Positions 14,501 through 25,665 of a stretch of DNA of 64,000 nucleotides are shown here, one piece after another (position 1 is the first letter of the stretch; each line of letters begins with the position of its first letter). The position numbers and the translations under genes are program-made. Source of the DNA: Macrostomum lignano (Eukaryota); NCBI GenBank assembly GCA_002269645.1, contig NIVC01002941.1:99347-163346 (forward strand), read 5' to 3'. A model generated the notes under the pieces. The model was not told the origin of the DNA. It did no database searches and worked only from the letters and a program-made list of their open reading frames with translations.

Positions 14501-17500
14501 CTTCTCTGTCTGGTAATTAGTCTACTTCCGTTTGGTAATTAGTCTACCTATCAGTCTACTTATCAGTCTGGTAATTAGTCTACTTCTGTCTGGTAATTAG
14601 TCTACCTATCAGTCTACTTTCCTGTCTGGTAATTAGTCTACTTCTCAGTCTACTTCTCTGTCTGGTAATTAGTCTACCTATCAGTCTACTTCTCTGTCTG
14701 GTAATTAGTCTACCTATCAGTCTACTTCTCTGTCTGGTAATTAGTCTACCTATCAGTCTACTTCTCTGTCTGGTAATTAGTCTACCTATCAGTCTACTTT
14801 TCTGTCTGGTAATTAGTCTACTTCTCAGTCTACTTCTCTGTCTGGTAATTAGTCTACCTATCAGTCTACTTCTCTGTCTGGTAATTAGTCTACCTATCAG
14901 TCTACTTTCCTGTCTGGTATTAGTCTACTTCTCAGTCTACTTCTCTGTCTGGTAATTAGTCTACCTATCAGTCTACTTTTCTGTCTGGTAATTAGTCTAC
15001 TTCTCAGTCTACTTCTCTGTCTGGTAATTAGTCTACCTATCAGTCTACTTTCCTGTCTGGTATTAGTCTACTTCTCAGTCTATTTCTCTGTCTGGTAATT
15101 AGTCTACTTCTCAGTCTATTTCTCTGTCTGGTAATTAGTCTACCTATCAGTCTACTTTCTTGTCTGGTATTAGTCTACTTCTCAGTCTACTTCTCTGTCT
15201 GGTAATTAGTCTACTTCTCAGTCTGGTAATTAGTCTACTTCTGTCTGGTAATTAGTCTACTTCTTAGTCTACTTCTCTATCTGGTATTAGTCTACTTCTC
15301 AGTCTACTTCTCTGTCTGGTAATTAGTCTACCTATCAGTCTACTTCTCTGTCTGGTAATTAGTCTACCTATCAGTCTACTTCTCTGTCTGGTAATTAGTC
15401 TACCTATCAGTCTACTTCTCTGTCTGGTAATTAGTCTACCTATCAGTCTACTTCTCTGTCTGGTAATTAGTCTACCTATCAGTCTACTTCTCTGTCTGGT
15501 AATTAGTCTACCTATCAGTCTACTTTCCTGTCTGGTATTAGTCTACTTCTCAGTCTACTTCTCAGTCTGGTAATTAGTCTACTTCTCAGTCTACTTCTCA
15601 GTCTGGTAATTAGTCTACTTCTGTTTGGTAATTAGTCTACCTATCAGTCTACTTCTCAGTCTGGTAATTAGTCTACTTCTGTCTGGTAATTAGTCTACCT
15701 ATCAGTCTACTTTCCTGTCTGGTATTAGTCTACTTCTCAGTCTATTCTCTGTCTGGTATTAGTCTACTTCTCAGTCTACTTCTCTGTCTGGTATTAGTCT
15801 ACTTCTCAGTCTACTTCTCTGTCTGGTAATTAGTCTACCTATCAGTCTACTTCTCTGTCTGGTAATTAGTCTACCTATCAGTCTACTTCTCTGTCTGGTA
15901 ATTAGTCTACCTATCAGTCTACTTCTCTGTCTGGTAATTAGTCTACCTATCAGTCTACTTCTCTGTCTGGTAATTAGTCTACCTATCAGTCTACTTCTCT
16001 GTCTGGTAATTAGTCTACCTATCAGTCTACTTCTCTGTCTGGTAATTAGTCTACTTATCAGTCTACTTTTCTGTCTGGTAATTAGTCTACTTCTCAGTCT
16101 GGTAATTAGTCTACCTATCAGTCTAATCTGTCTGGTAATTAGTCTACTTCTCAGTCTACTTCTCTGTCTGGTAATTAGTCTACTTATCAGTCTACTTCTC
16201 TGTCTGCTTATACATGTACGTTGGAGTATTTTGCAGAACTTTATGTCACTCTGTGTCCTTAGGAATAAAAGTACACCTCGTAGAACTGCCCTAGATAAAT
16301 GAAATTGTACAGAATTGAGGCCACTCTGCGTGGGAGGCGAGAGGTCACATGGTGCACAGTGTGTATACACAGATTGAACTGGTAATTCGCCTGATTTCAG
16401 CATGAGTCATAGGATAGTGGAATTGTCACCCTAATATGCAAGTATGCCCATTTTTCAGTAAAATTCCAAGCTTTTCATTATTAAAAATGTTACAATTATA
16501 TAGCATTTCGCTTGTTAAACTTATGTTACATTGAGCAGCTCCTCAAGAAATTTTGATTGTCTTTATGCTATAGTAAATTGAGTTTAGTACAGGAATGTAC
16601 ATCTTCCATAGGGTGCAGAGGTGTACATCTGTTCCATAGGATGCAGAAGAGGTGTACATCTGTTCCATAGGATGCAGAAGAGGTGTACATCTGTTCTAAA
16701 AGGTGCAGAAGTGTACATCTGTTCCATAGAGTGCAGAGATGTACATCTGTTCCATAGGATGCAGCAGAGGTGTACATCTGTTCCATAGGGTACAGCAGAG
16801 GTGTACATCTGTTCCATAAGGTGCAGAGGTGTACATCTGTTCCATTGAGTGCAGGGGTGTACATCTGTTCCATAGGGTGCTGCAGAGGTGTACATCTGTT
16901 CCATAGGATGCAGCAGAGGTGTACATCTGTTCCATAGGGTGCAGAGGTGTACAAGTGCATCTGTTCCATAGGGTGCAGCAGAGGTGTACATCTGTTCCAT
17001 AAGGTGCAGAGGTGTACATCTGTTCCATTGAGTGCAGGGGTGTACATCTGTTCCATAGGGTGCAGCAGAGGTGTACATCTGTTCCATAGGGTGCAGAGGT
17101 GTACATCTGTTCCATAGGGTGCAGAGGTGTACAAGTACATCTGTTCCATAGTGTGTAGAGGTGTACAAGTGCATCTGTTCCATAGGGTGCAGAGGTGTAC
17201 AAGTGCATCTGTTCCATAGGGTGCAGCAGAGGTGTACATCTGTTCCATAGGGTGCAGAGGTGTACAAGTACATCTGTTCCATAGTGTGTAGAGGTGTACA
17301 AGTGCATCTGTTCCATAGGGTGCAGAGGTGTACAAGTGCATCTGTTCCATAGGGTGCAGCAGAGGTGTACATCTGTTCCATAGGGTGCAGAGGTGTACAA
17401 GTACATCTGTTCCATAGTGTGTAGAGTTGTACAAGTGCATCTGTTCCATAGTGTGTAGAGTTGTACAAGTGCATCTGTTCCATAGTGTGTAGAGTTGTAC

Positions 17501-20500
17501 AAGTGCATCTGTTCCATAGTGTGTAGAGTTGTACAAGTGCATCTGTTCCATAGGGTGCAGAGGTGTACAAGTGCATCTGTTCCATAGGGTGCAGCAGAGG
17601 TGTACATCTGTTCCATAGTGTGTAGAGTTGTACAAGTGCATCTGTTCCATAGTGTGTAGAGTTGTACAAGTGCATCTGTTCCATAGGGTGCAGCAGAGGT
17701 GTACATCTGTTCCATAGGGTGCAGCAGAGGTGTACATCTGTTCCATAAGGTGCAGAGGTGTACATCTGTTCCATTGAGTGCAGGGGTGTACATCTGTTCC
17801 ATAGGGTGCTGCAGAGGTGTACATCTGTTCCATAGGATGCAGCAGAGGTGTACATCTGTTCCATAGGGTGCAGCAGAGGTGTACATCTGTTCCATAAGGT
17901 GCAGAGGTGTACATCTGTTCCATTGAGTGCAGGGGTGTACATCTGTTCCATAGGGTGCTGCAGAGGTGTACATCTGTTCCATAGGATGCAGCAGAGGTGT
18001 ACATCTGTTCCATAGGGTGCAGAGGTGTACAAGTGCATCTGTTCCATAGGGTGCAGAGTTGTACAAGTGCATCTGTTCCATAGGGTGCAGAGGTGTACAA
18101 GTGCATCTGTTCCATAGGGTGCAGCAGAGGTGTACATCTGTTCCATAGGGTGCAGCAGAGGTGTACATCTGTTCCATAGGGTGCAGCAGAGGTGTACATC
18201 TGTTCCATAAGGTGCAGAGGTGTACATCTGTTCCATAGGGTGCAGAGGTGTACAAGTACATCTGTTCCATAGTGTGTAGAGTTGTACAAGTGCATCTGTT
18301 CTATAGTGTGTAGAGTTGTACAAGTGCATCTGTTCCATAGTGTGTAGAGTTGTACAAGTGCATCTGTTCCATAGTGTGTAGAGTTGTACAAGTGCATCTG
18401 TTCGATAGTGTGTAGAGTTGTACAAGTGCATCTGTTCCATAGTGTGTAGAGTTGTACAAGTGCATCTGTTCCATAGTGTGTAGAGTTGTACAAGTGCATC
18501 TGTTCCATAGTGTGTAGAGTTGTACAAGTGCATCTGTTCCATAGTGTGTAGAGTTGTACAAGTGCATCTGTTCCATAGTGTGTAGAGTTGTACAAGTGCA
18601 TCTGTTCCATAGGGTGCAGAGGTGTACAAGTGCATCTGTTCCATAGGGTGCAGCAGAGGTGTACATCTGTTCCATAGGGTGCAGCAGAGGTGTACATCTG
18701 TTCCATAAGGTGCAGAGGTGTACATCTGTTCCATTGAGTGCAGGGGTGTACATCTGTTCCATAGGGTGCTGCAGAGGTGTACATCTGTTCCATAGGATGC
18801 AGCAGAGGTGTACATCTGTTCCATAGGGTGCAGCAGAGGTGTACATCTGTTCCATAGGGTGCAGCAGAGGTGTACATCTGTTCCATAGGGTGCAGAGGTG
18901 TACAAGTGCATCTGTTCCATAGGGTGCAGAGTTGTACAAGTGCATCTGTTCCATAGGGTGCAGAGGTGTACAAGTGCATCTGTTCCATAGGGTGCAGAGT
19001 TGTACAAGTGCATCTGTTCCATAGGGTGCAGAGGTGTACAAGTGCATCTGTTCCATAGGGTGCAGCAGAGGTGTACATCTGTTCCATAGGGTGCAGAGGT
19101 GTACAAGTGCATCTGTTCCATAGGGTGCAGCAGAGGTGTACATCTGTTCCATAGGGTGCAGCAGAGGTGTACATCTGTTCCATAGGGTGCAGAGGTGTAC
19201 AAGTACATCTGTTCCATAGTGTGTAGAGTTGTACAAGTGCATCTGTTCCATAGTGTGTAGAGTTGTACAAGTGCATCTGTTCCATAGTGTGTAGAGTTGT
19301 ACAAGTGCATCTGTTCCATAGTGTGTAGAGTTGTACAAGTGCATCTGTTCCATAGTGTGTAGAGTTGTACAAGTGCATCTGTTCCATAGTGTGTAGAGTT
19401 GTACAAGTGCATCTGTTCCATAGTGTGTAGAGTTGTACAAGTGCATCTGTTCCATAGGGTGCAGAGGTGTACAAGTGCATCTGTTCCATAGGGTGCAGCA
19501 GAGGTGTACATCTGTTCCATAGGATGCAGCAGAGGTGTACATCTGTTCCATAAGGTGCAGAGGTGTACATCTGTTCCATAGGGTGCAGAGGTGTACAAGT
19601 ACATCTGTTCCATAGTGTGTAGAGTTGTACAAGTGCATCTGTTCCATAGTGTGTAGAGTTGTACAAGTGCATCTGTTCCATAGTGTGTAGAGTTGTACAA
19701 GTGCATCTGTTCCATAGTGTGTAGAGTTGTACAAGTGCATCTGTTCCATAGTGTGTAGAGTTGTACAAGTGCATCTGTTCCATAGTGTGTAGAGTTGTAC
19801 AAGTGCATCTGTTCCATAGTGTGTAGAGTTGTACAAGTGCATCTGTTCCATAGTGTGTAGAGTTGTACAAGTGCATCTGTTCCATAGTGTGTAGAGTTGT
19901 ACAAGTGCATCTGTTCCATAGTGTGTAGAGTTGTACAAGTGCATCTGTTCCATAGTGTGTAGAGTTGTACAAGTGCATCTGTTCCATAGTGTGTAGAGTT
20001 GTACAAGTGCATCTGTTCCATAGGGTGCAGCAGAGGTGTACATCTGTTCCATAGGATGCAGCAGAGGTGTACATCTGTTCCATAAGGTGCAGAGGTGTAC
20101 ATTTGTTTCTGTAGCATGTACTGTACAGCAAAAGCTTCAACCCTTACGCCTCTCCACTGCAGCGAGTTCTTCCCAGAGTGCATTCACACTCTCAGCCTGC
20201 ACATGACTCGACGCAAGACGCCCAAGACTACCAAAGTGATGAAGCACGACGTTCGAGTGTCCGATTTGAGCCTGGGTCGAACCTCGGACTTGAAAGTGCC
20301 GGCGGCGCAGGACAAACTGCAGTTGTGCTTCTCCGTCCGCAGAGTCGGGTACGCGGTGCTGCAGGCCAGCAAAGACTACGTCCCGATTCGGGATATTTTC
20401 CTCAAGTCAAAAGACGATCCCACTGAATGCCTGCGAGCACTTGCCGAGGTGTGCACCTCCGAGGATTTGACTTACCTGGCCAGGGCCATCTACAAGGTGT

Positions 20501-22520
20501 TCGCTTATTACGATCAAGTGGCGAACCTGCTAACCAGCCTCCTGCTTAGAGAAATTCAGTCTATTAGCAGCGAGTCCGAGGGTGTGTTGTTCAGGACCAC
20601 CACTATTGGCACTTCGGTGCTTGAAGTCTACCTGGTCACCGATGAGCCTATGCAGTTTGTGCGCCACTGTCTCGGCGAAATGGTTCAAGAGGTGCGTCTT
20701 TTGCGCGATTGAGATCCGTTCGGGCCAGGATCAGTGTTGCTTGTCAGTAAAGTGTCATAGATTATATCATGGTCATTCATGACCTGTGTCAGTGGCTAAA
20801 GAATCATAGGCAGTGTCAGTGCCTAGTGCTTGGAATTGTCAGCAGATGCTCATAGCGAGTTTCAGTCAGCAAGATGCTCATAGCCACAGTCAGCAGATGC
20901 TCATAGCCAGAGTCAGTCAGCAGATGCTCATAGCCACAGTCAGTCAGCAGATGCTCATAGCCACAGTCAGTCAGCAGATGCTCATAGCCACAGTCAGCAG
21001 TCATTTCTCCCTCGCAGATCGTCAACAGCAACGCCAACCTGGAGCTGAAGGCGGACCGCCTGTTGCACTCGAGCGGCGAGATGAGCGACCTGGACGAGGC
21101 GGACTCGATTGCTAGGAGGAACGCGGCCCGGCTCATCGAGCTGCTGAACAGCTGCATGAGGCGGACATTGCGGCACTGCCAGGCAAACGGCTGCCCGGCC
21201 ATCCTGCACCAGGTGAGCGTGGCCTGTCAGCAGGAGACGACTCGGCGCTTTCCTCAGGCCACGGCTCGCGTTCTGTCTGCTTTCTTCTTTCTGCGCCTGT
21301 TCTGCCCGGCGTTGACCACGAAGTTTAGGCAGGTGTTCGGAGCCGAGCTCCATCAGGAAGTCAGTCCGCAGGTGCTGCGATCTCTGCAGCTGGCCGCCAA
21401 GGCTCTGCAGTTGTTTGCTAATCAGTCAAAAACTATGCGAGAGGCTTGCATGGAGCTGGTGCGACCTTTTGTGTGCGAGAATACGGATTTGTTTAACCAG
21501 CTCAACGCTTGTCTGGTGAGTTGTCTGGCATGGCATTGATTTCATGTTCTGGGTGATTTTTGTTTTTTAAATTGGGACAGTTTGTGGCAATTTTCCCCAC
21601 TCGAATTGGGATAATCTGTGGCTAATTTCCCTACTCGAATTGGGATAATCTGTGGCTAATTTCCCCACTTAAATTGGGATAATCTGTGGCTAATTTCCCC
21701 ACTCGAATTGGGATAATCTGTGGCAATTTTCCCCACTCGAATTGGGATAATCTGTGGCTAATTTTCCCACTCGAATTGGGATAATCTGTGGCTAATTTCC
21801 CCACTCGAATTGGGATAATCTGTGGCTAATTTCCCTACTCGAATTGGGATAATCTGTGGCTAATTTCCCCACTTAAATTGGGATAATCTGTGGCTAATTT
21901 CCCCACTCGAATTGGGATAATCTGTGGCTAATTTTCCCACTCGAATTGGGATAATCTGTGGCTAATTTCCCCACTCGAATTCGGATAATTTGTGGCTTTT
22001 GTTCTAGATGAAATTGGGATAATTTGTGGGGATTTTCCCTAGTTAACTTGGGATAATTTCTGGCGATTTTCCCTAGTTAACTGGGGATAATTGTTGACAA
22101 TTTTCCCCATTGGAATTGGGATTATTTGTGTCTTTTTTTTCAGTAACTCGTATGTAAGATGTTATGGGATTTTTTTTATGTTGTAGACTTTTTTATTGAG
22201 GCTATAAAGAAATACAAGTCATCCCCTCTCAACTCCAGACGGCTTCCCCGGATCCGGTGGCTCCCCTCTCCGCCGGTTCCTCCGCCGACGCTCCGTCCTC
22301 TTCGTCCGCCGGCGCCGCCGCTGCCGCCGCGTCAAGCAGCCCATCAGATTTGCAGAACATCAGCCTGACGTTCGAGCTGGCCAGCGTCCACGATTTCTGC
22401 GCCCGACATCTCGACGACCTGCGCAATTTGCAGACTCGCTCAGGCAGTCAGAATCTCAACACGCTCATCAAGGCCACCGAGTTCCTATCGAACCGGCTGT
22501 CAAATGAGACGAACAGGTGA
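3918..22520 (+). CDS. RASA1: p120 Ras GTPase-activating protein homolog (SH2-SH3-SH2-PH-C2-RasGAP); join(3918-4097,4942-5023,5921-6160,11722-12534,13248-13399,20163-20691,21018-21515,22239-22520); 5' exon(s) not found
   Basis: All eight exons have AG/GT boundaries with matching phases (2-2, 2-0, 0-0, 0-0, 0-2, 2-0, 0-0, 0-stop). Domain order and motifs match RASA1: SH3 '[12 protein letters not shown]...DGWMWV', arginine-finger 'LFRTTT', '[10 protein letters not shown]', C-terminal '[17 protein letters not shown]'. Confidence 0.93.
4141..4636. repeat. 33-bp intronic minisatellite (TGTCATTTTGCAATGCCATTGGATCTATCTTGC), about 15 copies
   Basis: Read directly; explains ORFs 4120-4657. Confidence 0.95.
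4942..5023 (+). CDS. RASA1: RASA1-like exon: end of the N-terminal SH2 ([28 protein letters not shown]); absent from the ORF track
   Basis: CCTTGCCAG acceptor and CAG|GTAATG donor; resembles RASA1 'IGGRRFSSLSDLIGYYS'. Confidence 0.85.
5195..5880. repeat. 18-bp pyrimidine-rich minisatellite (CTCCCCTACCTCTCAGCT) grading into ~20-bp CT-rich repeats
   Basis: Read directly; explains the SQLSPT ORF. Confidence 0.9.
5921..6160 (+). CDS. RASA1: RASA1-like exon: SH3 domain
   Basis: TTTGCCAG acceptor and CTG|GTGAGT donor; RASA1-type SH3 motifs. Confidence 0.92.
6197..6835. repeat. 35-bp minisatellite (GGTCCCTGAATCCCTGAGGCTGAGGGG[C/A]TAGCGGT), about 18 copies, partly alternating variants
   Basis: Read directly. 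Confidence 0.95.
7308..7485. repeat. (AGAT)n microsatellite
   Basis: Read directly. Confidence 0.97.
7862..8062. repeat. 43-bp tandem repeat (TGACTCACTGAATGATCATCAAGGAATATCAGCTCAGTGACAA), about 4.5 copies
   Basis: Read directly. Confidence 0.92.
8795..10745. repeat. 23-bp minisatellite with palindromic core TCTCATTGAGA; two subfamilies
   Basis: Type A TCTCATTGAGAATCGGTATGCAG (~8990-9310); type B AATCTCATTGAGAGT[C/A]GTCCTT[T/C] (~9310-10720). Confidence 0.95.
11388..11580. repeat. (GACA)n/(GA)n compound microsatellite
   Basis: Read directly. Confidence 0.95.
11722..12534 (+). CDS. RASA1: RASA1-like exon: second SH2 plus PH domain
   Basis: CCCGCAG acceptor and GAG|GTGAGC donor; SH2 'GTYFLRPS', PH 'KPKGLIAL...RPHCLQLV...WLAAL'. 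Confidence 0.92.
12552..13172. repeat. 14-bp minisatellite (GTGTGGGATTTCTA)
   Basis: Read directly. Confidence 0.95.
13248..13399 (+). CDS. RASA1: RASA1-like exon: first part of the C2 domain (VAVKGVRNL...VVVAKTRS...NWDEQFH)
   Basis: CCATCCAG acceptor and TT|GTAAGT donor; resembles RASA1 'VQVAKT...VWSEEF'. Confidence 0.85.
13560..16205. repeat. ~36-bp minisatellite built from AGTCTAC subunits (AGTCTACTTCTCTGTCTGGTAATTAGTCTACCTATC)
   Basis: Read directly. Confidence 0.95.
16587..20100. repeat. 28/31/34-bp variant minisatellite with core CATCTGTTCCAT
   Basis: Read directly; source of the ~1190-aa antisense ORFs. Confidence 0.95.
20163..20691 (+). CDS. RASA1: RASA1-like exon: end of C2 and start of RasGAP, including the arginine finger
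   Basis: CCACTGCAG acceptor (phase 2 completes Phe) and GAG|GTGCGT donor; 'LLLREIQ...[18 protein letters not shown]'. Confidence 0.92.
20840..21003. repeat. 27-bp intronic repeat (AGTCAGTCAGCAGATGCTCATAGCCAC)
   Basis: Read directly. Confidence 0.9.
21018..21515 (+). CDS. RASA1: RASA1-like exon: RasGAP catalytic domain
   Basis: CCCTCGCAG acceptor and CTG|GTGAGT donor; '[14 protein letters not shown]', 'AKALQLFAN'. Confidence 0.92.
21575..22000. repeat. 34-bp intronic minisatellite (CCCACTCGAATTGGGATAATCTGTGGCTAATTTC)
   Basis: Read directly; degenerate copies extend on both sides. Confidence 0.92.
22239..22520 (+). CDS. RASA1: RASA1-like last coding exon
   Basis: AACTCCAG acceptor; matches the RASA1 C-terminal helix; TGA at 22518-22520. 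Confidence 0.85.
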   Translation, partial: TASPDPVAPLSAGSSADAPSSSSAGAAAAAASSSPSDLQNISLTFELASVHDFCARHLDDLRNLQTRSGSQNLNTLIKATEFLSNRLSNETNR

Positions 22521-22644
22521 ACCTGACTTAGAGAGCTTGCGCTTCCGCTCTACTGATAGTAGTAAGCCGTAGCATTTCTCCTGTATCTCTGGGTCCGTTG
22601 CTAATACCCGCTGTGCATCCCCACTGATGAACAACCCCTTGTGC

Positions 22645-22886
22645 ATCCCTACTCTGATTTACATCCCCACTGATGTACATCCCCACTCTGATGTACATCT
22701 CTATTCTAATGTACATCCCCACTCTGATGTACATCCCCACTCTGATGTACATCCCCACTCTGATGTACATCCCCACCCTGATGTACATCCCCACTCTGAT
22801 GTACATCCCCACTCTGATGTACATCCCCACCCTGATGTACATCCCCACTCTGATGTACATCCCCACTCTGATGTACATCCCCACTG
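22645..22886. repeat. 18-bp repeat with palindrome GATGTACATC (CTCTGATGTACATCCCCA)
   Basis: Read directly. Confidence 0.92.
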
Positions 22887-23092
22887 TACGCCCCATTTCC
22901 CACCGAAAGTCTCATATTCACTGCGGTTAAACAAACTTCAACTTCAATGTAAATCGGCTTTGCCCAGCTGTTAGAATCTGCCAGTTTTATTCATGATTTG
23001 CGAACCCTCACTGTTTATTGCGCTCCGATCTTGTTATCTTGGACTAAAACATTGATTGATTAGTACACCTTTGCAGTGATTATTACAAATTT

Positions 23093-23098
23093 AATAAA
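23093..23098 (+). terminator. Candidate polyadenylation signal (AATAAA) of the RasGAP gene
   Basis: AATAAA about 570 bp after the stop codon; supported by position only. Confidence 0.4.
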
Positions 23099-23444
23099 AA
23101 TTGCATGTATCTCGTACACTGTGCGATACTTGTATCTGTGCCATCCGTCTGCTCATCACGGCACGGAAATGATGCATGATTTCTGATCCAGTTTTAATGC
23201 TCAGTGCGTGTAGCATGGTATCACGTGACTTAATTAATTTTCTATATTCCTGTCATGCTGGAAATTTCACTGTGCGATTTTTAACTTGCGATTTCAATAT
23301 AATTGATTAATTATATTACCAGATTTTCGGTTGATTGATTATATTGTACTTCAGCATAGTCTGCTTTGTAAAGCAGCGGGTTTTGAAATAAATTTGTTTG
23401 CCACTATTCGCTTTCTGTTGCGATTCGCTGATGCCAGTAATGAA

Positions 23445-23960
23445 ATCCCAGATTCTCAAATCCCAGAATCCCATATCCTCAAACCCCAGATTCCCAGATC
23501 CTCAAAACCCAGAATCCCAGATCCTCAAATCCCAGAATCCCAGATCCCCAAACCCTAGAATCCCAGATCCTCAAATACCAGAATCCCAGATCCCTAAACC
23601 CCAGAATCCCAGATCCCCAAACCCCAGAATCCCAGATCCTCAAATACCGGAATCCCATATCACCAAATCCCAGAATCCCAGATCCCCAAACCCCAGAATC
23701 CCAGATCCCTAAACCCCAGAATCCCAGATCACCAAACCCCAGAATCCCAGATCTCAAATCCCAGAATCCCAGATCCCCAAACCCCAGAATCCCAGATCCT
23801 CAAATACCAGAATCCCAGATCCCCAAACCCAGAATCCCAGATCCCCAAACCCAGAATCCCAGATCCCCAAACCCCAGAATCCCAGATCACCAAATCCCAG
23901 AATCCCAGATCTCAAATCCTAGAATCCCAGATCCTCAAATACCAGAATCGCAGATCCCAG
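23445..23960. repeat. ~23-bp minisatellite (CCCAGAATCCCAGATCCCCAAAC)
   Basis: Read directly. Confidence 0.92.
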
Positions 23961-24424
23961 TAGAAAAATATCGTTATGCTTTGTACAAGTATTAAATATT
24001 TGTAAGCTGAATCACAATTTTTGTTAATGAAATCATTCTGATTTTCTTATATACTGAGTCCTGTTCTTTAAATAGTTTAGGTTTAAAGCGTTAATTTGCG
24101 TTGGCAAAGCGAAAGAAACTCTGGTGTCTTCTTAATTTAGTATTGTCCAAGCCAAGCTTTTCTATAATCCTAACTTTTGCTGCATGTACTACTTCTATTT
24201 TTGCCCCACCAGTAGTTGTAGTGGCATATGCGGTCATTCTGTTTCCGTTATTTTTGTTTTACAGATAAAAATTGTGCACCTTAAATACATAGTATTTTTA
24301 TTATTGACACATGCTTTTAATGTCAATAAGTGCGTTTCATTTCTTATCGAATTTTATTCGATCCTGAAGGCTTGAGTCTGTCTGTTTCTTTAAGCCAATA
24401 ATTTTAAGTGTTTTAATCTAGGAT

Positions 24425-24733
24425 TTATTATTTGGCATCTGAGATCTAGGATCTGGGATCTGGGATCTAGGATCTGGGATCTAGGATCTAGGATCTAGAA
24501 CCTGAGATCTAGGATCTGGGATCTAGGATCTGGGCTCTAGGATCTGGGATCTAGGATCTGGGATCTGGGATCTGGGATCTAGGATCTGGGATCTAGGATC
24601 TGGGATCTAGGATCTGGGATCTAGGATCTGGGATCTAGGATCTGGGATCTAGGATCTGGGATCTAGGATCTTGGATCTAGGATCTGGGATCTAGGGTCTG
24701 GGATCTAGGGTCTGGGATCTAGGATCTGGGATC
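24425..24733. repeat. GGATCT[G/A]G 7/14-bp satellite, left arm
   Basis: Same unit as 29515-33108; interrupted by the LINE. Confidence 0.95.
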
Positions 24734-25626
24734 AGCTTCAAAAAGTGTGGAGTGCTGTTGACTCCTATCTGATTGAGCTGACTGTCGAGGAGGGAATCTC
24801 CATCGGCATTGAGCGGATGGTGCTGCGAAGCACATTCGTTCTTATTGCTCCTAGCAGCGAGGAGGACGCTCGGCAGCTGCTCCAGCGGCTACCGACGGTC
24901 TCCTTGGATGCTGACCTTGGTGGAGCTCTTTTTCTTCGCGAGGGCCAGCGTCCAAAGACGATACCCTACGTGGTTTTCGTTCCTGCTAAGAGCACCGCAG
25001 CTGGACCAGACGTTATCCGCCGGGTCCTACTGCGTCTGAACCCCGACCTCCCTGCTAGTGGACTGGTGTATCACCGCCGAGTCCGCAGGGGGGAGACGGG
25101 CAACTCAATTGTCCTCGGCCTTTCCAACGCTTGGGCGAGTCGGTACCCTAATGGATCCTCTTTCCAGCTGGGTGCCCTCAAGCTCAAGATGCGCCGAGGA
25201 AAGTCTGCCAAAGGGAAGGCTACTGCCAACCCCGGCATCTCCGGCAAGAGCGGGGCGCAGTCTAAGGCCCAAGGAAAGGCGCAAGCCGATCCCAAAGCCA
25301 AAGCTGCGTCTCGCCCTTCTGCTAGCAGCAGTTCGGCGACCGTGGTAACGGCTCCGGCCAAGCCCCGGGAACCAAACCTGCCAGTCGGAGAAGGAGTTGA
25401 GGACGAGGCCGGGTCTTCGGAATCCGAGCTCTCCTCGGCCACCCTGGTGGGGTCTGAAGGTAAAGATGCAGATGAGGAAGCTTCCTCCATCCTGTCATCG
25501 GAGCCTGAGGACTCTGCTGGGGGGGCCGGTGGGAGTGAGGAGGCCATGGACGTCGACCAACTCCCATCTCCCAGTCAAGCCCCAGCGGCCTGGGACGAGG
25601 ACGATCTGTTGTCCAAGTCTCCTTGA
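24734..25626 (+). CDS. LINE ORF1 remnant (5'-truncated; LOA-type, DUF4780-like core, acidic/Ser-rich tail)
   Basis: 'VVFVP...RVLLRLNPDLP...GNSIVLGL...FQLGALKL' resembles LOA ORF1; lies immediately upstream of ORF2. Confidence 0.65.
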
Positions 25627-25665
25627 TGGCCCTGGGCTCTAGCCAGACACTGCATTTAATACAGT

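Noticed and set aside
16568-20183. ORFs of 1190, 1199, 524 and 583 aa on the minus strand
   Set aside because: Translations of a stop-free minisatellite inside a RasGAP intron; no domain content.
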